Origin: Selaginella moellendorffii
Lineage: Eukaryota > Plantae > Lycopodiophyta
Assembly (NCBI RefSeq): GCF_000143415.4
Contig: NW_003314298.1
Location: 537,986 to 601,985 of the forward strand
Reading direction: 5' to 3'
DNA: 64,000 nt
Shown: positions 49,976-60,935 of the stretch, in pieces
How the letters are laid out: each line of letters begins with the position of its first letter
Position numbering within the stretch: position 1 is the stretch's first letter
The notes under the pieces: generated by a model
Database searches by the model: none
What the model was told of the DNA's origin: nothing
Seen by the model: only the letters and a program-made list of their open reading frames with translations
Translations under genes and position numbers: made by a program

Positions 49976-52244
49976 ACATTTCCTTCTGGCTTGTTGTTAT
50001 AATATTATAAAAGTGATCCTGAAGATGCTTTGGTCGCAGCTAGTTGGTATTTTTTTTTTTTTTTTTTTATTTACTTACTTACTTCTACTGTGTAGGTAAG
50101 GATATGAATTATGCGGTCTTTGATTTTGTGCTGTTACCACACACTCTGGAACAGGCTAATGTCACTCATTATAGTCACAGGCCAGTTCTTGAGGCTACAA
50201 TTAAGGTGCAGCAGGCTCTCAAAGCCTGGAGAGATGAGTTTTGTCAGGGCCACAACAATAACGATGACGCCCTACTGGTTTTCTTTTTACCTCCAGATTC
50301 TTATGTTGACTTCTACCATTCATCTCGAAAAGTTTCTCAGAAAGTTGTCAAAGGTGATTGATTTCATATGCGCAAGAAGTATGTTGAGTTACAGATTGTG
50401 CAGTGTAAGGTGGCTATACCGGTATCTTGAAGCCCTTGTGTAGTGAAGCTTACCTATGACATGGAGGATGTTTCTCCATATCCAAACTTACCAGAGATTT
50501 GGGAGGAGGCTTTTGGCTGCATAGAATGCACAGAGGATACTTTTGAACGATCAGAGAAGTTGCTCGTGGAGGAAAGATTTGCATATTGGTTGGTTTCTGA
50601 TGGAGACAAGCAGGACGAGTTAGAAAAAATCTCTGACCCAGCCAAGCCAATAAGCGCAACCTTCAGGCATTCTGCAAGATCTACAACCAGATGCTGGTAG
50701 CTTGTAAAAGGAAGAAGAGTATTTTTTAGTTCTCATGGAAAATCATCATCATACTCCCTTTACTAAATTTCCTATTTGTTGGACCGCAACTTGGTTGGAA
50801 GTCACGCACAGCTCAGACAACCGAAGCTTGGAACCGTAACTTCTTACGGAAGTACATGACCACCCAGGGTGGTGGTACAAATCTAACTCGTCACAACTGA
50901 CCCCATGTGTCACCAGCCTGACAACTCAACTGGAAAATGTGGAAACATTGGCCAGGGCTTCATTAGGCCCCTAGCTTTAGCATGCAGCTCTAGAAGAGCC
51001 ACTAAAGGCACAGGCACAACCTCGAGATACAGCATCCTGGAATCGCTAATGTCTTAGCTATTGTGACTTTGTGATGTCCGACCTGTGTTTTAAAGTGTTT
51101 ACTGGCGGTTAACAGTGATAGCAGTGTGCTTAGAGCTTGTGTCCCGTGTTTCAGAGTGAAGGAGAGTGGCTTGAGGCTTGCAACATCCCATGCAAGTGCC
51201 TTGAGCTATGTCGCTGTGTGTGAGAGCTGCTGGTGTTGTTTTTCTGGCGTGTGGGGAATCCCTTTGCACGGCATCTGATGCACTTCAGTGCCTCGACGTG
51301 GGGTTTCTCATGGTTTTTGCCACCGGCTGGGGAAATCCAGTGGCCCCAAGAGTTCTATGAGTGTCAGAGCGAGAGTTTGACCCTAGCATCACTTCTTTTC
51401 CCAACTGTGAGGCTTCTGCAATCGCAGATGCCCGATCGCAAATCCCTCACCATATACCTGGGCTGACAAGGTAAACCTGTCTGACCAACCAGGTTTTTTC
51501 GATAGATGACTCAACGCAAGTTTTATAACTAGCAAGTCCTACCAAGACCACTTGCCATTATCAATCGTGTGCGAGAGAATCAAAACCTAACTTTATATCC
51601 AATCTTGGATTGCTTTGAATGTTCTTCAGAGATCTCCGAGAGAGCTTTTCAAAGTCACGAAACTCTGGTCAACTTCTTCTGAAAGCATTTTCCTTCTCTA
51701 TCGCAGCGATATTTTGCGCCTGGAAACGTTGGTGTTGGTCGTTCACAAGAGAAAAACTAAATCGATCGAAAATCGCTCGGCAGCCAAACAGCGGCCTCAT
51801 GGACGAAGCTTCACAGCTACCATGTTGAAACGTTGATAATAGCAGTCTTATATAAAACACAAGAAAACGAACATAATCTTTGAAAAAAGAAACACACAGC
51901 TAATTCTTCCACATGCCGATTGCGTGAGTTTTGGCTAAAGGCCTTGATACTATTTTGTCCTAGAGAACTATCACTCTCGAGAAACAAAGAAAAACAAAGG
52001 GAAAGCAAAAGAAAAGCCGTGTGATCTGCCTATCGTCAAATCATTCGAGAACCTTACCTGCATTTCATCGGCTGTTTCTCGCTTCGTGGAATCAAGACAA
52101 ACCAAGGAAGTTGAGTTTCGCAGAAAACAAATCCTAAGAAGAACAATGGTCCTTATTTTTATCCGATGATGTAATGTATGATGCCTTTTTCGGTGCAGGG
52201 TAGTCTAAAAACCAAAGGAGGTTTGTAAGTAACAGCAGCAGGCA

Positions 52245-53276
52245 ATGTTTCCAGTGAATGTAGAGGATAGGATTCTAGTGTTCTTGCATGTAAAAGCTCT
52301 GCTGCGTGCAAGATCTGTGTGCCACAGGTGGAAAGTAGTGATTGACAGTAAGGAATTTGCGAAAGCCAAGGTAGAGACGTCCAGACAGCATCCACTCGTC
52401 CTTGAATGCACACAACATGTACAACGCCACTGCCTGTCCTTAAGGATCTACAATCCTTTCACTGGCGATGATGCAACTGTTTTGCCACTGCCAGATCCAG
52501 ATTTTCTCCCCAACTGGGAGCCCGTTGCCTCTGCCGGTGGCCTGCTTTGTTTCTCCGACCGCTTTCTTTCTGGTGCACAAGAAGGGAAGTTTGGAGTGTG
52601 GAATCCCCTCAAGCGTAACTCATTTGTCGAGCTGCCAGGTATATCGCCCATCAGATTCAAAGCAAACATGAAAGTCTCAGCTGACGACCTCTCCTACACG
52701 ATCTACTCCCCAGCAGGGGGGGGCATTGACGTGTTCGACTCGTTGACCTGGTCGTGGCGGCGCCACCAGGAGTACTCGCCGCCAGATGGCTGGGCCTTGT
52801 GGATGAGGTCAGCGCCATACACATGGCTACTGGAGGGCAGCACTGCATACTTCGTCGGCGTGAAGGGTCAACAATTTGGCGTGATAGGCTGTGAGCTGGG
52901 ATCAAATCGGTGTTGGATTGAGCATGAATGGAACATTGCTCCTGAAAACATGGAGTTACTTCAGGCTATTGTACGGCATGACAATGGTGATATGATCGTC
53001 TTTATTTCGGAGACAGGGTTTGTTTCAAGGCCCGGTAGTTTGGAGAGGGTGCACAATTTCGTTTGTCCTCAAGGATCGTTTCGAGGGGAATTAGTAACCG
53101 TCTTTACTGGGATACAACACAAGTCCCTCTACTTGTGTACAGGTTATTTCAGCTTTATGAACCTAACATTTGATTATAGAAACAAAGAGTGGATAGAATC
53201 GATCAGACAAGTCAGGGAATTAGAATTGCATCCCAAAAGACGCTTTGTTTTACCTTATGTAGCCACTTTAATTTGA
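52245..53276 (+). CDS. F-box protein with putative beta-propeller C-terminus
   Basis: FPVNVEDRILVFLHVKALLRARSVCHRWK F-box; VASAGGLLCF, VWNPL, VFDSLTWSW; intronless 343 aa. Confidence 0.9.
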   Translation: MFPVNVEDRILVFLHVKALLRARSVCHRWKVVIDSKEFAKAKVETSRQHPLVLECTQHVQRHCLSLRIYNPFTGDDATVLPLPDPDFLPNWEPVASAGGLLCFSDRFLSGAQEGKFGVWNPLKRNSFVELPGISPIRFKANMKVSADDLSYTIYSPAGGGIDVFDSLTWSWRRHQEYSPPDGWALWMRSAPYTWLLEGSTAYFVGVKGQQFGVIGCELGSNRCWIEHEWNIAPENMELLQAIVRHDNGDMIVFISETGFVSRPGSLERVHNFVCPQGSFRGELVTVFTGIQHKSLYLCTGYFSFMNLTFDYRNKEWIESIRQVRELELHPKRRFVLPYVATLI

Positions 53277-53599
53277 TTTTTGTTTACTTTATACTACATT
53301 TGTGATTGGCAATGTGAGACAGGGAGAAACTGAACAAACATCAACAAAGCTGTTCAAGATCTTTCACATCACATTTGATAATGGATGTTGCCAATTGCTT
53401 AGAGAATCATTACAGAGTTGGATCGCTCTGCGTAGTAGCCGATACCGAAAGAAACAAGCATCTAACCCTGGTATGATGAACAAGCAAGGGTATAGACTTT
53501 TCCCGCCCGGACCTCACACCGCCTCCAAATTCCAATGGATAATTTCCCTCATCGACGGACGCCAGCCCCCATTCCAATCCGGCTAAATCCAGCTTAGTG

Positions 53600-54012
53600 T
53601 TACGAGGGTTTGGTCCTTCCCTTGCCGCCCAGCTTTCTTTGGCACCCCAGGTATGGCTTCTTGCCTCGATTCGGTCCAATGTAGGGTACATTTCGATCTA
53701 ATCTACTCGCAATTTACTAGCTCGATCGAGTGGAGCTTTTCCATCTTTCCTCGCCGCCAAGCGTTCTTCGATACTCCAGGTATGATTTCTTGCCTCGATC
53801 TGGTCCAATGTAGGCTACATTTCGATCTAATATCGCAATCGAGGGTTTGCCAGTTCTTTCCTTGCCGTCAAGCGTATCCTGGTATGGTTTCTTGCCTCGA
53901 ATCGGGATATAATATCGCAATCTACTAGCTCGATCAATTGAAGCACGGTTTTCCCAAGTGCCAAAGCTGTTCTTTCCCCGCTGCCAAGCATTCTTCGATA
54001 CTCCAGGTATGT
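53600..54012 (+). repeat. Tandem repeat of ~100-130 bp, 3-4 units
   Basis: ccaggtatg..ttcttgcctcga..ggtccaatgtagg.tacatttcgatctaat recurs at ~53647, 53776, 53878, partially 54003. Confidence 0.85.
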
Positions 54013-54079
54013 TGTATGCATCCATCGATCGTAATATCCTCTGGAGATTCTCTAACGGAAACTGTGATTAGGTGGCAAG

Positions 54080-55092
54080 ATGAAGAGACCGCCGATGCGA
54101 CACAAGGTAGAGCGACCGAAGAAAGTGATCATCGTTGAGGAAGGGATGGGGAGAAGATTTGTGAATCTCAAGGAAGTACCTACTGCTCCTCCGCTTGAGG
54201 TTCTTGTCATTCTCCAGATGATAGAGCTTGGCATCATCGAACGAGATATTTGGCATCCAATTCTTTCAAGTTTTGGAGAGAACGTACCACCAGCCGGGCA
54301 CGAGTTTTGGGTGGCTTTGTGCGAGCTGGCTAAGTAAGTTATTGTTTCTTTTCTTCTTTGGTTTTGTTAGTAACTTTTGGCTTTTCCAAAGGAATATTTC
54401 GCGATGGAAGATTGTGCGATGACCACTGTTAGAGCGCAGGCTCCACTTGTACGAGGTGGAAGATTGTTTTGTAGTGTTTTTGAGACTAACCTTCACTTTT
54501 GCCAGGTTATATGGCAATGCTTCCAAAAGCTCTTGTCTCTCTTATGCAAGAAGCTGGATGCCGGGATAAGGAATTCTGGCCAGATGACTACAAGCTGGTT
54601 GACATTGCAAAACGGATGTGTGACAAATATGATGCAATGATCCCCCCTGTAAGTCATTCTGATTTGATTCACTAAATGGCTTTTGTTTTTTTCTTTTGTT
54701 GTGTTTGTGCAGGAAATTGCTGTTCAGCCAAAACATGTGGAGGAGGAAGACTTCACAGCAAAAGAGTACCCCTACAGAGCTTGTAAGATACTTCGAGGTT
54801 TTCTGGGGGAGAGGACGATCCAGCTACATGTTCCACAACCGGAAACGGCTTTTTACGACGACAAGTATCATAACTGAATTGGGGTTGGGATCTAAGGATT
54901 GGGTTTTTTTTTTATGGAAGGTACCTCACGACTACACCTCTAGAAGATTTCTCAGGTGTCCGGACTGAAGTACCGGTTGCTCTTAAGCTTGATGACGAGA
55001 ATCTGGAAGCCTTGGAGGATCTCCTTAGTTATACAATATGGAGTTTCAGGGAGGGTCTTCCAATTTTGGTTCCACATCTTCACGCACTTTGA
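54080..55092 (+). CDS. Unidentified multi-exon gene or pseudogene
   Basis: ATG ORF MKRPPMRHK..ELAK/gtaag, acceptors ccaaag (54391) and tgcag (54712), further coding-like exons; no domain recognised. Confidence 0.35.
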
Positions 55093-56039
55093 GGTACTGT
55101 GGAATTCTAAAAGCTAGAACTGGAATTCTAAAAGCTCTTTCTCTTTTTTTGAAGCAATGCAATTGAAGCATTGGCCTCGAGGCGTTAGCATCTTGGGAAA
55201 ACAAGCCGTGGAAAAAAAATCACATTTTAGAAGAGAGGGGCAGGTTAACTGCGGGAACGATAGTTCACACCAGTTGGAATTAAGTATCATATATATGGTA
55301 CGAACATCACTGGCCTCTGGAGGTTTGGATCAATTGTTTCTCTTAGTGGAAGCTACTAGTGATGCTAACCGGCCATCTACTGTAAGTGATGGTTTCTTTT
55401 GGTTTGCTTCTTTGTTTCTCCAGGCCCTTGCAAGCGTGAGTGATGGTTTCTTTCTCCATCACTGTTGGAAGCGTGAGATGGTTTATTTCTTTCTTTTTTC
55501 CTTGGTTTTCCTTCATCGATGGTTTGGTTCTTTAACATTGTTTCTCCAGGCTTTCAATTTTGTGTCACTCATTGCTGGCAGCCCCAAAGACCAGCGAAAC
55601 TGTAACGGACCTCTTAATAAGCAGTGCTATCATCCTCCAGGAGGGAGATGGCAGCGGTGGTGCTGAGCTTCCTAAAGTTCTAAATAAAAGCTTCCAGCTG
55701 GAAGAGTGCTCAAGACCTCAAGCATGAGTTTGAGGATGAGTATATGGTTTCCAAATTGGACACACCACCTTTGGTTGTTCCAAAAATCCCTTTTCAATTG
55801 GAAGAAAAAGACTTAGAACCTAAGAGTTCGTTTTCTTTCCTGGTTTTTGGCTCTGTAATCGTTTTCTCAAGTGTCAACTATATAGCTGCGATCGATCCAT
55901 AGGACGACCTCAAGAGAAAAAACTGCCATTACTTGAAAAATATGTCTTGCATGTAACAGGTTATCTGGAAAGGTGGTATGCTCGTCCTTTTAGTGAACGA
56001 AGTCTGCTGAGGTGTCACTTACTTGTGTTCCTGTTGCTT

Positions 56040-56863
56040 CTATTTCCCTCAGACTAAAGGTCGCGTGTTCCAACGCAAAAGGTAAACAAAACGTTGAACC
56101 ACTCTTCTAAACAAAAATCATATCACCATTGTCATGCTCGATCCAGCACTGGTTGACCCTATCACACCAAACAGTTGGACTGTGCCCGAAGTTGGCAGTG
56201 CTGCCCTCCAATAGCCGCTGGCGCGTACTACCACAACCAGGTCAATGAGTCAAATAAAGTCAATCACCTCAAACATCAACTTTGGGGTGAGCTTGGGACC
56301 AAAGCATTGATCATAAAGCATGACTGCAAAGAAGATGGTGGTGTGGCGAGTGTGAAGCTTGGAGCAAGATTTCAACAACTCACGAAACACTTCCATTTTT
56401 GCATTCATGCTGCACTGCTAGACCATAAACAGCATATAGATAGATAAGTAGAGAGTTCTTCAGCTGAGACTTCCGTCTGTGATCTACCTGGCAGCACCAC
56501 AAATGAGTTCCGCTTTAGGGGATTCCACACCGCAAACCTCCCGCTGTTTACACCCCTCGAGGCGGAGAAACAAAGCAGGCCACCGGCGTAAGCAACGAGC
56601 TCCCAGTCCGGATCTTGCAAAACAGCTGCGTCGCTGCTACTGAAAGGATCGTAGATCTTTAAGGACGACAAACAGTAGTGTTGGACATGATCTTGTGTAT
56701 ATTCAAGAACGAGTGGATGCTGCCTCGAAATCTCTAGCCTGGATTTGGCAAACTCCTCACTGTCAATCACTGCTCTCCATCTGTGGCACACAGATCTTGC
56801 GCGTAGTAGAGCTTTTACATGCAAGAACATTAAAATCCTCTCCTCTACATGCTCTGGAAGCAT
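56040..56863 (-). pseudogene. F-box pseudogene, inverted paralog of 52245-53276
   Basis: MLPEHVEERILMFLHVKALLRARSVCHRW..QHPLVLE..AGGLLCF..VWNPLKRNSFV; frame lost after ~56440; later remnants (FDSLTWLW*, VIG..CWIEHDNGDMI) with stops and deletions. Confidence 0.8.
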
Positions 56864-56963
56864 ACCAAAAGCTAGCAACCCTGAGGCATATTCTAGACAT
56901 AATTATAATAATCCCACAATTTTAGAATATTCCTTTCAATGCTAAACCCTAAATCCTCGCAAA

Positions 56964-58413
56964 ATGGGGAGAAAGGGCACCGTGACGCCTCTGGCGGAGC
57001 TTCTCCCCGTGGGCGAGCTAGCGCAGGCCAGCGATCGCATCCAGGGCGCCATCCGCGAGCACGCCGACAAGCTCCAGCAGCTCCAATCTTTCGCCGACGA
57101 CAATCGCGCCATCCACAAGCTCGTCCAGGAGCTCCCACACAATGTCGCTTACAATATCATGGTGTGTATCTCTTTTCCATCCATTTGACGATCCATCCAT
57201 CCATCGTAGGTGCCGTTTGGAAAAGCTGCCTTCTTCCCTGGAAAGCTTGTTCATACCAATGAAATGCTGGTAAGAAATTCGCGTTGCTATTTACACGTCT
57301 TTCTCCTTAGTCCAGGTTTTGCTCGGAGAAGGCTACTACGCAGAGCGATCCGCGAAGCAAACTCTGGAACTCTTAATGAGACGAGCAAAGTTTCTCGACT
57401 CCAACATCGAGAGCATCAACTCGCAGATCGCTGACCTTCGAGCGGAGGCCACTTTCGCAAGCACTGCTGCCGAAGAAGCTGCTGTAAGTTTGTTTCTTCC
57501 TCTTCTATCTCTCACGCATTCGACAAATCCACAACCGTGGTTAGGCTGGCGTAGTGGACATCAGAGAAGAATACGATGAAGAAATCGATGGTCCACCCCC
57601 CACTGCGGAGCAAAGTCTAGAAACCCAAGGTGTAAAGTTTACATGGATTTTTCCCGTAAGCTATTTTACTGATTCATGATTTTGGCAGGGAAAAGGCCGC
57701 TGGGATCTGGTGAAGATCTCGAGCATGAGCGCTTGATGGCACGATTTTCGGAATTGGAAGCCGAAGAAGCGGCAGCAGCGGCTAAAGAATATGAGGATGA
57801 GTATGATCAAGATGGTTTTCTAGATGATGACACTCTTGCGAAAATGGGAACACCATCTTCTGAGCCGGAAGGACCTCCTGCCATCACAAATCCGGGCGAT
57901 CTCGTAAACGTAAGTTTTTGAGCCTCGATTGTTTTGTTTTCGAACAGCCTCTGATAGAACTTCTCCTTTTTTTGTCCAGTTTGAGATGTGGAAGCAAAAG
58001 ACTTGGAACAAAACGTCTACGTCTACTCCAGATCGTCCCGAGAAGCGAAATCACGACAAGAAAGCGGAAAAGCGCGTCACTTTTGATCTTCCCGAGGCCG
58101 ATATCGTCGACACGGTGCACGAAACCGAAGGGAACAAGGCTATGGATCCACAGAGCCGACGAAGTTCCCAGCATGAGCCATCAAAGGTAAATTTGTAGAG
58201 CTTAAGAAAAAATCTCAAAAAGAAGTTTTTTGTTTCCAGGTATTTGGTTCTGTGATCGAACGAACACCAGGAGGTGCTGTTCTTGATACCAAGGTAAGCT
58301 TTAACATTTCTCTCAAGCGTCAACTTATACAGCTACGATCAATCCAGGTACCCGAAAGCACCTCCATGCCGGCAAGGCCAGTTTCAAGATTCAAGCAAAG
58401 ACATGGTGGATGA
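56964..58413 (+). CDS. Unconventional prefoldin RPB5 interactor (URI/RMP/Bud27 homolog), multi-exon
   Basis: KGTVTPL..IM/VPFGKAAFFPGKLVHTNEML/VLLGEGYYAERSAKQ prefoldin-alpha domain; GVVDIREEY; acidic region; KRVTF motif; C-terminal PVSRFKQR URI box; TGA at 58411. Confidence 0.9.
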
Positions 58414-59149
58414 AAATCGCTGCAAAGTAGGAGAGTGTAGTTGTTTTGGATAACGCGAAGAGAGAAAATTCCCGTATCTTCGTTTTCCCGATCCTTTCTT
58501 GCGCTTTTCCTTCGCTTCTTTCCCCTATTTCCCCCGCAGACTGATCGATATGCGCGTCGCCGCCATCGGCCGGATGCATTCCAAATCTCCGCGATTAATT
58601 CTTTCTCTTCGAGCTCACGCTCTCTAACTGCCCCATAGTGTTATGCTTCTGCAAGCACCCAAAATCAAGACTATACACCGGGAAACTGTACAAGCTCCAT
58701 CATCCATTCTCGCTGACATCAAGATTTAAATCAATGATATCGAGGCCATAGTCACCACTTAAATCCTTTCAATACGGGACCTTGTTGGAATAGAGCATTA
58801 TTATCAGACAAGTGATCATCGATGCGAATTGCTGCGACAAGTTCTTTGGTGACTTGACGGGATAAAGAATGTCAAATGCTGGAATTGGCAACCACAAGTA
58901 GCTTAAATTTCTTCGCAAGCAAAAAATTGTGAGTTTTTTCTCCTCTCCCTCTCCTCTCAGGAACCCTAACCCTCACTAGAACTTCCATTTCACATGCAAA
59001 GCCAAGCTTGGCGTGGGACTTTTCCAACCCAGACTGAAAGGCTTAGCATTTAATAGCTCCTGCACCAAGCCAAAATTTAACGTGCAACTTCACACTAAGG
59101 CCATTATATTGGACATGTACTTCTCCTGAAACTGATAGTCATGGAAAAG

Positions 59150-60316
59150 TCTGAGCGTGAGGCCTCGTGCTAAAGCCAGTCACCTTTCTTATTGCCATGA
59201 AAAAGTCTAAGTGTGAGGACTTGTGCTAAAGCCAATCATTTTTTCTATTGCCATAAGTGTGAGGCCTTGTGTTAAAGATAGTCGCCTTTACTGAAACAAT
59301 AGCCAGAAAAAATCTAGCGTGAGGCCTTGCACTAAAGCTAGTTACCTTTCTTGAAACTAATAGCTGAGAAAAATCTAAGCCTAAGGCCTCACGCTAAAGC
59401 CAGAACAAAAGCACAAAACAAAAAAATTCTTTAGAATGAGGCCTTGCACCAATGTTTTAACTTAAGGCCCTGCACTAAGTCTTTTGGTGAAGCCTTTAGC
59501 ATAAGGCCTCATGCCAAGAAAAGCCTTCATTGCATCAGCACACCTAAAACCCACCCACAAAGTATGGTGTCTGACCTCAGGTAAAAACCTTAGCATGAGG
59601 TCTCATGCTAAGCAAACACCTTCCATTATTTCCCTAGTCTTGCAAGTGTTTGGGGAGCAATCTTGTTCAAACATTTACCCCAAAGATGAATTAAGATTAC
59701 TCACCTAGACACCTAAAGTAATAAGAAACAAATGCATATAAATGAATAACATGAGGCCTCATGCCAAGAAAATGACTTCATCCCTCCATAATACCTTAAT
59801 TTAATTTGCAAATGGATGGTGTCCAACCTCACACAAAAACCTTAGTGTGAGGCCTCACGCTAAGAAAAAAAGCCCACCCACCTCCTCTAGCCTAGTGAAA
59901 TCTCCTTTGCATGTATGTTTATTGCACAAATGAATAAGATTGTCACTAAGAAACTGGGAAAAATATCACAAGCAATCCTAAGTGTGAGGCTTTGTGCTAG
60001 TAACCTCCATTAACACATTGTGATTGGACTCATGCTTAAGGATTAGCGTGAGGCCTCGTGCTAAAGTGCTAAAAGGATTTTGGTTTGTCTAGTTTCTTGA
60101 TGGTAATCTTGCTTGAACGTCTGTCCATAGGACGAATGGGCAAGTAAGATTATTATCAAGGAATTGGCAAACACATCCCATCCATTCTTAGGTGTGAGGC
60201 CTTATGCTAATAAATTACCTCCACTACCCTTTTATACACCCCATCCATTCTTGAGCCCTCATGCTATTAGAATTACTTCCATTACCCCTTTCACTTAGGG
60301 TGAGGCCTCACACTAG
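59150..60316. repeat. Array of ~15 copies of a 22-bp palindrome, consensus TTAGCGTGAGGCCTCACGCTAA, with variable spacers
   Basis: Copies at about 59152, 59208, 59254, 59314, 59376, 59431, 59457, 59496, 59590, 59746, 59842, 59979, 60043, 60189, 60296. Confidence 0.85.
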
Positions 60317-60432
60317 GATCCAATTTAAAAAATATTTAAGTAATTCTAATAAGTTCTTTCGTGTTTCTAGGCACAACAATCTAAAACACTTTTACATGAG
60401 TTTATCAGAGTGAAAAAAGACTGCAATTCCAT

Positions 60433-60935
60433 TATAAATGACTAAATTTTCCATTCTACTTTAGTCATTTAACCACACCTCCAACCATTTGAAAGAGTTT
60501 CACTCACAACCTCCATAAGTCTTATTTTGGACTTGGGGCTTGCTAGCTTTGAGAATGGCATCCCTACCACTCAACCTTTGCACCTGGTTTAAGTGCTCCA
60601 TGTATCCGATTTCATGACTGACACACAAAAGTACCACCGACATATTAGCCTATTATGCTAAGGCCATGCCCATTCACCTTTATCACACTGGTGATCCAAC
60701 ACCACCTACATCACAATCTTGTCTCTTAAAGACAGATGAGTGATCATCCCAAATCCATTCTTTAACATCCTTAGGATGCCTATAGATATAGGGAATAGTC
60801 TTCCTCAATATCCTTTTTTTTTGTCCCCACCAAGTCTTATTTTGTCCATGGCTGTGTTCGCCAACACTGCCACTGGGTCAAGGCCCACAGGCTTGACCAC
60901 TAAGTCCTATTGTCCTCTAGAACTTCCTCACTATG
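60433..60935 (-). mobile_element. 3' part of an LTR of the old gypsy family
   Basis: Reverse complement aligns with 14250-14725 and 18645-19007/22786-22933 (e.g. ctaaagtagaatggaaaattta). Confidence 0.75.

Noticed and set aside
59150-60316. CRISPR array interpretation of the palindrome array
   Set aside because: Plant nuclear context, degenerate repeats, irregular and partly mutually similar spacers, no cas genes
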